Below are positions 12,618-25,379 of a stretch of 64,000 nt of DNA, piece by piece. This DNA is from Selaginella moellendorffii (taxonomy: Eukaryota; Plantae; Lycopodiophyta): assembly GCF_000143415.4 (NCBI RefSeq), contig NW_003314327.1:666438-730437 (forward strand). The letters are read 5' to 3'. Made by a program: the position numbers and the translations under genes. Position 1 is the first letter of the stretch; every line of letters starts with the position of its first letter. The notes beneath the pieces were generated by a model. That model did not search any database. It was given only the letters and a program-made list of their open reading frames with translations, and was not told where the DNA came from.

Positions 12618-14414
12618 ATGGAAATGTGGCTAGTGCTACTTGCTGTTCTTGCGGGATCACTCCTCATCATTTGGTTCCAATGCTGTAGTTTCCTCGTGTA
12701 CCACTTGTGGAGGCCCAAGGTTCTGGAGAAGGTCATGTCCGCCCAGGGGGTCACCGGGCCTCCCCAGAAGAATCTCCTCACGCAAATCTGGGAGCTCCCG
12801 GATATGGAGCAAGTAAGTCACGACATTGTTCCACACGCGATTCCACTCCACCATGCATGCTTGCAAAAATACGGTAAAAGATCGATCCATCGATCTCTCT
12901 CTTCTCTCTCTGAAATCATTCTCTCGCAGGACCGCTACACATGAATTGGTGGCGCGTGGAGCCTCGGGTGGAACTTGCGGATATCGATCTCATGCGCAAG
13001 GCACTCCTCAAAGGTCCGGAGTTTTTCGGGAAATCGCCTGTTCTCGGGATGATGGCCGACGACATTTTCGGTGGTGGTGTCTTTGACGCCAGCGGACGAG
13101 ACTGGGTGGAGCAAAGGCGCGTTGTGGTGCCTGTGTTTCACGCTGACAAGATCAAGGTCTCCACCTTCAAAACAGTCATAGATCTAGAGTGTGATTATCC
13201 AGATCTTTACAGGGAATGGTGAGAACCATGTACGAGAACACACAAAACTTCCTGGAGAACTGGGAGACGCTGGTTCGAAATGGCGGAACTGGAGAGAAAG
13301 CTCTCGACGTTTTCCCCGAGTTTGTGGAGCTCACAGCGCTCATCATTGGGCAAGCCGCGTTTGGGACCAGTTCCAGCACCTCCATAGCCATTGTCAAGCT
13401 CCTGCGTCTCTTGTTTGCTTTGCAATCGCAGCAAGTCAGATATGTGTGGATGTTTCCATTCATCAGGTAAGTCAACGTTTATGAGATTATTTCATACTCC
13501 ATCCTCCCATGGCAGGAGTCTACCATTCCTTCCCATGAATCGCGAGAGATGGAGAATCAAGAGAGAAATCCATCGTTTGCTCCATGTGGAGATTGATTCG
13601 CGACGGGCTTTCACGCGGGAGAACTGTGCTGCCTCTCACGGGAGTGACTTGCTCGGTACGATGCTCGACAGCAACTGGGACGACGAGCTTATCATCACCG
13701 AGAGCAAGACCTTCTACACAACCGGGCACATGTCCCTCACTTCGTTATACTCGTGGGTGATGCTGCTGCTGGCCGTGAATCCAGAATGGCAGGAGAAAGC
13801 CCGAGTGGAAGTTTTGGAACTTGTCGCGAGAGAGGGGCCCCTGGACAACGCAAAAGCGCTAGACAAGCTCAAGCTGGTCCGTTGTTTCTAGAAAAGACAA
13901 TACTGCTCTCATCACTATGCTATTGTCTTTCATGCAGGTTGAGATGACAATCATGGAAACGCTGCGACTCTATCCTGCGTTCCTAATCATTCCTCGAGTA
14001 GCGCTCAGAGATTGCTACGTCGACCACATCTTCATACCAAAAGGGCTGGCAGTATCCGTGCACAATACCGTGATACAACACAGTGCCGAGATGTGGGGAG
14101 AGGACGCAAACGAGTTTAATCCCGGTCGCTTTGCAAATGGAAGCCTGGCAGCGAGCAAGCATCCCATGGCTTTCATGCCATTCTCGTTTGGACCGCGGGC
14201 TTGCGTTGGTCGGGCGTATTCTCAGGTCCAGGCCAAGGTCGTTGTGGCCTCCCTGTTGCAGCGATTCAGGTGGAGCTTGTCACCTGATTATCGTCACAAC
14301 CCCATGGCTGCTGGGACTTTGCTCCCCAAGAACGGAGTTCCCATTGTCCTGAAGCTGCTGGATTCCAAAACCATCGTTTCAAATGAAGGCAACCGGAGAG
14401 AGATCCTAACCTGA
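12618..14414 (+). CDS. Cytochrome P450, CYP72 clan (5 exons ~12618-12873, 12930-13156, 13213-13466, 13516-13876, 13938-14414)
   Basis: N-terminal TM anchor, QGVTGPP, ETLRLYP (ExxR), FNPGRF (PERF-like), heme motif FSFGPRACVG. GT-AG introns in a CYP72-clan 5-exon layout. Confidence 0.9.
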
Positions 14415-14849
14415 ATTGATGATCAACTCGTTTTTACTGTTTTCATTCAAGAAGAAGATGTCCTCGCGGGCCTCCGTCAAATACCCGACTGCTTTAATCC
14501 TCAGGTTCCGAATCCTCCGTATTTCTAGAAATTCTAGCTGCTCCTCCTTGTGCCCCGCCGCCTCCTCCATCCTGAGAGCGCCTCCACCAGCGGGCCTGAC
14601 CCCTGGATTGTAATGAACGTTGTCCCCTGTCCTCTCTCGTGCCGCAGCCACTCTTGTTAATTCTCCCCACGGATGTAAAACCACTCGCCGCGATCCAGGT
14701 CGTCAAAAATGCTATTGTAACGATCGCGGCACTGCCCGGCAAGGCATAGGAGATTGCCTTCCGCATGGCACTCCATCGCTTCACAGTAAACATCCGTAAA
14801 ATCCAAGATGGTGCTCGCAACACCTCACGGTAGTGGCCACGATCTTCCA

Positions 14850-15856
14850 GGGGCATCCGTTCCACGCTGACAAGATCAAAGGTCTCGACTTTCGAATCAG
14901 TCTAGATCTAGAGTTCCAGATCTTTGCAGGAATGGTGGCAACCATGTCCAGGCACACGCAAAGCTGACAACTGGGAGACGCTGGTTCGAAATGCTGGCAC
15001 CGGAGAGAAAACTCTCAATGATCTTCCTGTGTGAAGCTCGAACAAGCCGGGTTTGGGGCCAGTTTTAGCACCTCGATAGCCACTGTCAAGCTCCTGCGTC
15101 TATTGCTGGCTTTGCAACGGCGGCAAGCCAGGGATTCATCAGGTAAGTTCACGTTCTTATATATAAACAAAACTTCATGAGTCTACTATTTCTTCCTCTG
15201 AATCGCAAGAGATGTGTGGAGATTGGTTCCCGGCGGGCTCTCACGGGGAGTGACTTGCTCGGCACGATGCTTGACAGCAACTGGGACGACGAGCTTACCA
15301 TCGCGGAGAGCACGACCTTCTACACAACCAGGAACGCCTCGCTCACTTTGTTATACTCGTGGGTGATGCTGCTCCTGGCCTGCAGGAGAAAGCCCGCGTG
15401 GGAGTTTTCGCGAGAGGGAAGCACTAGAACAATACAAAAGACAATAGTGTTCTCAGCATTATACTATTGTCTTTCACGCAGGTGGAAACGCTGCGACTTC
15501 ACCCTCCAATAGCGATCATCCCTCGAGTGGCACTCAAGGATTGCTACGTTGACCACCTCTTCATTCCAAAAGGGCCGGCAGTATCCGTGCACAATACCGT
15601 GATACAACACAGTCCCGGACTTTATTCTCGATCGCTTTGCAAATGGGAGCCTGGCGGCGTGCAAGCATCCCTCGAGTTTCATGCCATTCTCGTTTCGAGC
15701 ACGAGCTTGCATCGGCAGACCAAGATCGTCATGGCTTCCCTGTTGCAGCGATTCCAGTGGAGTGATTATCGTCATAACCCCATAGTTTCCGGGGCTTTGG
15801 TTCCCAAGAACGGAGTTTTAATTGTATTGGCGCTGCTTGGCGCTAAAGAAGATTAG
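14850..15856 (+). pseudogene. CYP72-clan P450 pseudogene fragment
   Basis: Deleted and frameshifted copy (SDLLGTMLDSNWDDEL, ETLRLHP). The heme motif is lost. Confidence 0.8.
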
Positions 15857-16420
15857 TTCTTGGAGTTTCTTCTTGTCCAATATGCCAATCTTGATTCGCG
15901 GAAAATACTAAACTGTGGTTGGCACATCATAGCCAGGAAGTCGGCACTGGAGCGACATCTCATCCTCTCTCCTTGAGTGACATCTCATCCTCTCTCCTTG
16001 GCCTTTAATATTGTCAATTTGGATAGTTTATAGATTGCTCTGTGCAAATTGTTAGTATCTTACATTGTTACAGACACTTACAGATCGGTCCATGCGTTTT
16101 TTCTTTTTCTTTTTCTTTTTCTTTTTTCCTGAAGAAGGAAAACGTCTGTCAGTGGTGAGGGAATAAAACGAGTATGAGCAACAACAAGCTCCGGAGAGAG
16201 CGCGGAGCGCAGCCAGTCGCGGTTCTGGACGAGGGTCTGTGGCGCTAGGAGAGCTCTTACTCCTGGAGGAGCTTTTAGACTCGTGCTACTTCCCCCATCT
16301 CGACAGTATCAGGAGGCGAACGATTGAGAAACATAGCGATGCAAATGCGGCAACGACAAGCATGAAAGCAAACGCTTTACTGGGTAGGTTGAGAAGCTTT
16401 TGCATTTTCTTGAGTGCCGT
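15838..16420 (-). repeat. Inverted duplicate of ~19040-19555 (last exon and 3' flank of the plastid membrane-protein gene)
   Basis: Reverse-complement identity is visible, including the gagatgagatgtc repeat and the ...ILSRWGK* exon. Confidence 0.8.
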
Positions 16421-16439
16421 GTAAGGGAAGCACTAGAAC

Positions 16440-16862
16440 AGCTCAAGGTATAATACAAAAGACAATAGTGTTCTCGGCATTATACTATTGTCTTTCACGC
16501 AGGTGGAAACGCTGCGACTTCACCCTCCAATAGCGATCATCCCTCGATTGGCACTCAAGGATTGCTACGTTGACCACCTCTTCATTCCAAAAGGGCCGGC
16601 AGTATCCGTGCACAACACCGTGATACAACACAGTCCCGGACTTTATTCCCGATCGCTTTGCAAATGGGAGCTTGGCAGCGTGCAAGCATCCCTTGCGTTT
16701 CACGCCATTCTCGTTTGGAGCGCGAGCTTGCGTTGCGTTGCGTCAAGTCCAGGCCGCTGCAGCGATTCCTTGTCACCTGATTATCGTCACAACCCCATAG
16801 TTGCCGCGACTTTGGTTCCCAAGAACGGAGTTCCAGTCGTATTGACGCTGCTCCACTCTTAA
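16440..16862 (+). pseudogene. P450 last-exon pseudogene fragment
   Basis: ETLRLHPPIAIIPRLALKDCYVDH...DYRHNP, frameshifted before the heme motif. Confidence 0.75.
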
Positions 16863-16966
16863 ACTTGATCCTCTTGATGACCTTGGCTCAAAGTTAGAAG
16901 ATGGCAAGACCTGGGATCTGCATTAATGTACAAGTTCAAAAGCAAAAAATAAACAATTTGCCGGTA

Positions 16967-18138
16967 CTATCTGTTGATGGGTGTGTGAAGACGGTCTTCG
17001 ATTTCCCTCACCGCTGCCACGGACATCACCAGAGTGTCGTGCAATAAAATGCTGTAAACGTTCAATCCCTGCACGAAAGAAACTTTGTTTTCTCCGAAAG
17101 AATCTGGAAGGGACGGCATAACGCACCTTTGCTGGAATGACGTTAACTTCCTTGACATTTCGGCATGCGAGCGTGATCTCTCGCCCCATCTTCTCCACAC
17201 CATCCACAATCAGCACTCTCCGGCAGCCCAAGTTTGGAACGAGCTTCATGAGCTGTCGCGTTTTGTGAGTTGGAAGATCAACATTGTCGAATAGCATCAG
17301 CTGCGAGTCACACACCAAGCCATATGAGTCCAAGGAGAAAGGAAGAAACCGTTTTTTCCAACCTTGCGCTCAGCCACCCGTGCGGACAGAGCGATTTTCA
17401 ATCCGAGCCTTCGAACTTTCTTGTTGAGTTTGTACTCGTAGCTTCTCGGCTTGGGACCGTGTGCCACTCCTCCACCTCTAAACTGAAAATACACACGAAG
17501 GGAATGACAACTCAAAGCTGGAATAAGAAAGACTCACTTGAGGTGCTCGCCTGCTACCATGCCGAGCTTTTCCTGTCCCTTTTTGCTTGTTTATCTTCCT
17601 CGTTGAGCCCGCCACTTCGCCTCTAGTCTTCGTACTGTGGGTTCCCTGTAAGAAGAAAGGAGGAAGAACGAAGAAAACGCGTAAGAACCAGGCAGAACTA
17701 ACAGGAAGCAAAGGAAGAACAAGAGAAGTAGAGAAGGAAAGTTTTAGAAGCTGACCTTACGTCTCTTAGCTCTCTGCCACTTGACGACATGATGAACGAT
17801 ATCTTTGCGTATTGGAACGTCGAAAATGTCCCCAGCGATAGTCACAGTCCCTTTGTCCTCTTGCTCCCAATTCGTGACTGGCAGCACTACATCTCTCATT
17901 TCTCCTGGATAAAAGAAGAAATTACAGCGCAGAGATCCATCGCGAACGATCGAAGTGCCACATTCTTTACCTCGCGTCGCAGCGACAATGTGCCTGGATT
18001 GGATCCATTTGCAGCAATGCTGGCCGAAGGAAGAGGACGAGGAGGTGGAGGAGGAGCGCAACACCGTCTGGAGAATGCGGAATCCGTGAGTGATCGCGGC
18101 GAGAGGGAAGAGCTTACCGAGAGCAAGGCGCGGAACAT
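16967..18138 (-). CDS. RPL4: Organellar (likely mitochondrial) 50S ribosomal protein uL4, multi-exon
   Basis: Exons give [69 protein letters not shown]...[14 protein letters not shown]. Confidence 0.92.
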
Positions 18139-18190
18139 TACGCCCTAGAAATCTCCTCTAAAACCCTAAAGCCCGGGGGGGTTTTTGGCT

Positions 18191-19172
18191 ATGGCGGCAT
18201 TGATTTTGCTCGCTCCCTCCCCTCTCTCCTCTCGATTCTACTCCACATTGCAATGCGGGCATTCTTTGACGCGCCAACGCCTAGCGCTTGCTGGATCGCA
18301 TCCGATCACAGCGCGATTTTGCGTCGCTGGTGCTGAATCGGGAATGCCGGAACAAGAAGATCAACCAGGAGCGCCGGCTGGAGGGATCGATCCACAGCAG
18401 CAATTGCCACAGGGATCCAATCTCTGGCAGGTAACGATTTCTTTTCATTTGTCTCAAGTCTCTTTTGAGCTAGAGTTTATTTCTTCGTTCTCCCATTTGT
18501 TCTTCGTCCATAGCTAGAGCTACACTCTTCTTTCGTCGTCCATAGCTAGAGCTACACTCGTCTTTCGTCGTCCATAGCTAAAACTTCTTTCTTTGTAGTC
18601 TTTGAGTCTACAAACTTTGATTTTCTTGGCTACTTGTAATCTAGAATATCTTTGCTCTTTGTACGTTCTTTGTTGCTAGACATTCTTTTTATATAGAGAT
18701 TTAACGCACGATTGAACAGATGGACGCGACAGCATTGCGAGCAAAAGTAGCGGCGCTGGGATTATCCGCAGTTCTTGCCTATGGTCTCTTTGATGGAATC
18801 ACATACACGACGTTCTTTGTTCTAGCTTTCCTTGGATACGAGAAGAGCACAGGACAAAATCCAGCCGCCAACCTCAAAGCACTGCTCGGCGTAAGAGTTT
18901 CTTCCTTGCATTTTCTAAGCTCTTAGCTACAATCTTCTATGCTTTCGTTCCAGATCGTTGTGCTAATGTGGACTGGGAACAACGTCACGAGACCATTCCG
19001 AGTTGCCGGAGCAGCGGCATTGGCACCACTTCTCGACCGGGCACTCAAGAAAATGCAAAAGCTTCTCAACTTACCCAGTAAAGCGTTTGCTTTCATGCTT
19101 GTCGTTGCGGCATTTGCATCGCTGTGTTTCTCGATCGTTGGCCTCCTGATACTGTCGAGATGGGGAAAGTAG
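18191..19172 (+). CDS. Conserved plant, probably plastid-targeted, membrane protein of unknown function
   Basis: Transit-peptide-like exon 1, then LGLSAVLAYGLFDGITYTTFFVLAF...WTGNNVTRPFRVAGAAALAP...SRWGK*. Arranged head-to-head with RPL4. Confidence 0.8.
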
Positions 19173-19535
19173 CACGAGTCTAAAAGCTCCTCCAGCGGTG
19201 AGAGCTCTCCTACTTGTTTCATTCCCTCACCACTGACAGACGTTTTCTTTCTTCAGGAAAAAGAAAAAAAAGAAAAAGAAAAACAAGAAAAAACGCACCG
19301 ACCGATCTGTAAGTGTCTGTAACAATGTAAGATACTAACAATTTGCGCAGAGCAATCTATAAACTATCCAAACTGACAATATTAAAGGCCAAGGAGAGAG
19401 GATGAGATGTCACTCAAGGAGAGAGGATGAGATGTCGCTCCAGTGCTGACTTCCTGGCTATGATGTGCCAACAACAGTTTAGTATTTTCCGAGCGAATCA
19501 AGACTGGCATATTGGACAAGAAGAAACTCCAAGAA

Positions 19536-20325
19536 CTAATCTTCTTTAGCGCCAACCAGGGTTATGACGATAATCAGGTGACATGCTCCACCGGAATCGC
19601 TGCAACAGGGAAGCCACGACGATCTTGGCCTGGACTTGGGAGTAAACTCGGCCGATGCAAGCTCGCGCTCCAAACGAGAATGGCATGAAAGCCATGGGAT
19701 GCTTGCACGCTGCCACGCTCCCATTTGCAAAGCGATCGGGATTAAACTCGTTTGCGTCCTCTCCCCACATCTCGGCACTGTGTTGTATCACGGTATTGTG
19801 CACGGATACTGCCAGCCCTTTTGGTATGAAGAGGTGGTCGACGTAGCAATCTTTGAGCGCTACTCTAGGGATGATTGAGATCGGAGGATAGATCGCAAAA
19901 TCAAATGGGACGGCCATTGATTCCTCGTCCCAGTTGCTGTCGAGCATCGTGCCGAGCAAGTCACTTCCGTGAGAGGCAGCATTGGTTTTGCGCGTGTGAG
20001 CTCGACGGGAATCAATGGCCGCACGGAGCAAGCGATGGATTTCTCTCTTGGTTCTCCATCTCTCCCGATTCAGAGGAAGAAATGGGAGACTCCTGCCATG
20101 GAGGATGGAGTTTTGTCTTAATGAAATGATCTAACAAAGCTTACCTGATGAATGGAAATACCCATACATATTTGGCTTGCCGCGCTTGCAAAGCCAGCAA
20201 GAGACGCAGGAGCTTGACAATGGCTATGGAGGTGCTAGAACTGGCCCCAAACCCAGCTTGCCCGATGATGCGTGCTGTGAGATCCACAAACTCGGGAAAA
20301 ACATCGAGAGTTTTCTCTCGAAGTT
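19536..20325 (-). pseudogene. CYP72-clan P450 pseudogene, 5'-truncated
   Basis: FSFGARACIG heme motif is retained, but there is an internal deletion between exons 4 and 5 and no 5' exons. Confidence 0.8.
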
Positions 20326-20410
20326 TGCTGTTGACAAGAATATTTTAAGAATATTCTGCCACACTAAAAGATTTTAGTGGTAATATTTTTATTAAATAAA
20401 TATTTTAAAC

Positions 20411-21890
20411 TGTGAGGGCCAAGTGTACGGCTATAATGCTGTATACTAATATTAGCGTAATGGAATTTTAGTAGCCGTTAGATTGGTTTCAATCCAAACC
20501 GCTCATTCCTGTATATAAATTAAAGTCTTTGGGCTAATTAATATGCACATTTTCTGTATTCTTTTTTCATATTCCAAACACTCACATTGGTGGAAATGAA
20601 AGGCACCTTTGAGTGTCCTTGAGGAGTGTTTGGATTTGGGATTTTAGTTTAGTTATATTTTTTGCATTGTCTAGATTTAACTTTTTCCATTTCCTTTCTT
20701 TTGTTCTTTCTTTTCAGGATTTTAGTTAAATCTAGCTTTTTGTATTGTCTAAATTTACCATTTCCTTTTAGCTTTTTGTTATTTCTCTTCTTTTGCTCTT
20801 TCTTCGTTTAGCTTCATGGCAGATCAATAATTTCTTCCTTTGACTTTGGAGCAGTAGTTGGTACAATTGCTTGATGCTATGTGCTTGCAATTGAACAACT
20901 AAACTCAGTTGATAGCGGCATTCACGGCACATGGTAGAACTCCTCCTACTTTTGGTGCCAATCTTCGTGTTCAGTCGGAGTTCTTTTGCAGGAATCTTGG
21001 GGATGATGTGTACCATTAATTCGATCACTTCACAATGATTTCCACATATCATTCTTGGGATGATGCTTGATGTTTGTGTGAGTTTCCCACGTGTCTCCAA
21101 ATGACAGTGTTGCAATGGTACAATGGTTTGAGCATAGCCACTTGTGGGGATTGGAGTGTTCTCACGGATGTCTTCAAACGCGCTTTTAGACATGCCGATG
21201 ATTATGATGATGCATTCTAACAATTGCATCGTCTTCGCCAAGGGCCATCTGAGTTAGTGATGCAATTTGGTGTTCGTTTCCGAAGTTTTTTGTTTTGTGT
21301 GGAGTCAAATATATCGGAGCGGACCAAGCTAGGAATGTTGTGGTTAGCATTTTGTCAAAATCTTGTCGGACTTGTGCATGCACTTGCTCTTGCCACCCTT
21401 GATAATGCTCTTCGCTTGGCACAACATTATAAGACGTCACCTCTTCCACTTCTCGCTGCACGTCTTTTAGCCGCCACTCTTGACGATGCTTTTCGCTTGG
21501 CACAACGTTATGAGACATCACCTCTTCCACTTCTTGCTGCACGTCCTTCAGCTCCACTTCCTATGGGTGATAGTCCTGTTCTAATGGAGGTTGATGCTAC
21601 TGTTGCTTGACTCCAAGGACAAGGGTGAGAACGTGGTCGTGGCCGCGATGTTTGCTGCTAGGCATATGATGAAGTTGGTCATACTTATAGGTGTTGTCGG
21701 TGTTTTCCGGATTGGCGACCTTCATTTCCTGGGTGGAGACCTTGGCGTTAGCAACGTCCTGTTGGTGCTGCTGCAGTGGAAGGTTTGGACACTAAGATAC
21801 ATCTGGGAAATGAGGAGTCGCGTAATAACAGAGGGACCTTGCGTGAATAAATCAGTGATCCCTCCATTTTTCTTTTGGGAGCATCATTAA
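20411..21890 (+). mobile_element. 5' LTR (20411-20586), PBS and degenerate gag of the short-LTR gypsy family
   Basis: LTR homologous to 1191-1365 (TGTGAG...CTCACA), followed by TGGTGGAAATG. Gag-type PVLMEVDA motif and a zinc-knuckle remnant near 21580-21700. Confidence 0.75.
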
Positions 21891-21899
21891 GGGGTTCAC

Positions 21900-24800
21900 T
21901 CGGTACCGATTCATCTAGTGCTTACTTGGTATTAAAGCTATTCCTTAGTCTAACTCTTTTTGATAATCAAATATATCAACATTTGATATTGATATTAAAA
22001 GGTCCCAAAAGTGGTTATATTCTTAAGGAGTAACATGTCAAAAGGGTATAGCTCTCCACTTTAGTTCATACGCAAAAGCCAACTTCAACATTGAAGCTAA
22101 CAAGTCAAAATGCCTTCCCTAACAACTTCTAACAAATGGAACAATGAGAATAAAACTCAAAGAACCAAAATCTTGAAGAAGTCTATAGCTAAGTCTTGTC
22201 TACCAATGATCACAAGTCTCGCATGAACTAACTTTAATGCTAAAGAAGAAATCATGGCACAATCCATAATATCGTCCTCAACACATCCATAAACTAAACT
22301 TCATAATGCAAAGCTAATGAAGAGCATATATGCATTAATCCAAAAACTAAATACAATGGAGTTATGCTCAACAAGTGATCACTAAACAATCCTCCATGAA
22401 TCCATCTATAGAAGACGTAACTCACTTCCTAACAAGCACAAGACAAATTATCAATGGTTGATATATTTCAATTCAAACCCAATAAGGATTCAAACATTTC
22501 AATATCGATCACTAACTCTTTGTCTCGTAAAGTTAGCATAGTCCATGACTAAACCGCTTTTCAAGGAAAAGCTCAAATCTCAACCTTGACTAAGCAATCT
22601 TATCTAGAACACAACTAACTCAACTTGCCACTCAGTTCATTTGAATGTCAATACAGTTGCTAACTAGCAAATGCACAAATGCTAACAACATAAAGCTATT
22701 ACCAAATCATCAATATTATCTTTATCAAGACTAATGAAACTCAATATCAATCCTAAGGAGAGACATTTCATTTCACTCAAATTTCAACATCGACAATGTC
22801 AACAACAGGGCATCACTTCAATGCCATCAACACCAGAAAAAAACTAGAAGAAAGCAAAAGTGAATCACCACTCAAAACTCTTTAGCAACTAAGCTAACCA
22901 AAGTCAAAGATACTTTACTCGTATCCAAGACTAATCCTCCAACAATACTCAGTTATAGATAACATATTATCAAGGAGTGATTCACCACATCTAAGACTCA
23001 ATGAAATCCAACACCACGAACTAAATGCAACCAAATGATATCAACAGAGGTAAAGTCGACATGCCAACATGGAAAACCCATGTAAGTCTAATGACACGAT
23101 CCTCCGCAACACCATTCGGTAAAACAAGCCCATCACTGCTAAATCATCATTGAGTGAAGCAAGTGTTAAAAGTCTTTGACGAAGTCTACAAGTAATCACT
23201 AGTTGCAAAGCAACCAACAATCACTCTTCAACTTGCCTTCACAAGACCCAAACACTAAACCCATGTCATCAAGTCATATACTTTGCCCAACATGAATGTA
23301 ATACTCCCAGGTACGAGATAAAGGTTCACAAACAAGCATAACTAAATGACTACTCGAATCCAACTCAATGGCAAAAAGCTCACTAATGCATTTAATCAAT
23401 AGCTCTGAGTATGTCTTGAAGAGGCTAGCTATGCATGATCAACACTCAGTCGAAACTAAAGTGAAGACCATGAGATGGACTTATATCGGTACACAACCTC
23501 CTTATAGACAAAGCTATAATACGGGTACCAACATCTCAAACTCAAACAACTAAGTTGGACATCACCATCCTTAGCCAAGGCGCAAGGCCACCAAGACCAA
23601 GTCAAGATTAGTGAGAGCTCACTATTCTCATAGAGTCTAAAAAAATGCAAGGTGCAATCTGCCACCTAGCACAATACTACAAAAGAAAGGCACAAAGGTC
23701 ACCTTTCTAGAAAAGCGCAACGGCCACTTTTCTACACTAACTCCAGACTCTATCCAACTCAATTGCCTTAGCCCCAAAAGTTAGCATCCTTTTTGGGCTA
23801 CATCATACAAACTACCTACTAAAGTCTAAACTAATCAAAGTCAACTCCAACCCCTTCACTAGTTTATACTGGTTTATGAAAACGGAATGGTTTTCGGACA
23901 AAGTGATCAACAGATCAGCCATTGAAAAAGTCTAAGAAAATTTATGGAAAATTTTCCATCTTAGAAAAAGAATGACTCTTAGTCCAGAAATACAAACTTC
24001 CAATACTCAACCAACTTCCTTCTACCTACAACTTCACATAGGTTCACCTCAACACCAATTCTCATGACCCATAGTATGCTTAAGCTTTGAACATTTTTTT
24101 ACCTATACTTCCGACATCTAACACCGACATCCGCAAAATGCAAAATGAACATCCAAGGCTTGATCACGAAGACCACTTCTTCAGATATCCACATTACATT
24201 AACACTCTTTTTCAATCACCTTCAAGATACAATGTATATCCTCGAATTGCTAATGTGCCTCACTCATGAGCCCAAGCTCAAACTCATGCTAACGATTCAG
24301 CTTATTCCATCCTATGAGCCCAAGAGCAAGCTCACATCATAAGGTACAGCAAGGTAACCAAATTCATACCCAAGGAACGATTGCGAAGCCTTTGCACCAA
24401 AGCGTGTACCCACTCGGATCATCGTTTTCATCTCTGCATATGTAATGAAACTAATTGCCCAACCTCATTGAATATACTCACTGAGACTCATCCTTTGATA
24501 CCAAATGTAGCACATGTGGTTTTGACCCTTTATCCTATGGTGATTTACCATAGAATAACACCACAAAGCGGAACCTAAACCCTCTTTGTGCCACATGACA
24601 GATGCCACGTGTCACATGCCATATGTCCAAAAGAACGTGGTGTGGTACCCAAGGTTCAGGGCCTTGGGCCACTGAACGAAGGAACAGTGCCAAACTCCCA
24701 AGCATGGAGCCAAAGAATGATGGAACCGGATCACGAAGTAACTCCCGAGCATAAAGCCTAAAGAGTAAAGGGACAGGAACCCGGAGCAACTTGGAACAGT

Positions 24801-25379
24801 CCTAGAGTAACCAACATCCCAATGCCAAGACCAGCATGCAAAACGGAGCCAAACGGAGTCAAACGCTATTTTGGCATACCGGTGGCCTAACGCAAAGACA
24901 TGGGTACTCCACCAACTAGCATAGAATGGAATTTGGGCTTAAACCCAAGCCGAACATAGAACAAGGACAAGCACACAAGCGGGAGCTAGTCTATGCCTCG
25001 GGCTGGTTAGCCATGCCCGACCTACCCATTATCCCTACTATACATTTGGAACCCCCTACAGCCCCCCCCCCCCCACCACCAATCTCAATATGCGAGAGTT
25101 CTTGTCAAGCCAGTGCAAGACAAAGCAAAAGATAATTAAGAGCTAGGCCGAGTATGCTCAGCTAGAAACAATAGGAGTTCCTACCTTATGTCCATTTGGC
25201 TAAATACAGGTGCTAAGCCCAGTAAACTAACACTTGAACAAGAAGGGCTGATAAAGGGAACCAGCAATACCAACCTCCTGCCAACGTGGCAGTAAGGTAA
25301 GAGTGTTCGTAAGGACTGACTGACAGGTAATTTTCGATACCCGAAATCACATTCACGACAGTAATCTAGCAAGAACACA
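21900..25379 (-). mobile_element. Highly degenerate LTR retrotransposon (copia-like) with 5' LTR ~24506-25360/25379
   Basis: PBS TGGTATCAAAG (minus strand, 24493-24503) abuts an LTR end ...GTGCTACA. YVDD-like remnant (CVEDDIM) near 22265-22290. No intact ORFs. Confidence 0.5.

Noticed and set aside
1191-20586. Single LTR element bounded by the two short LTRs
   Set aside because: The first follows a PPT (3' LTR) and the second precedes a PBS (5' LTR). They are diverged and enclose host genes.
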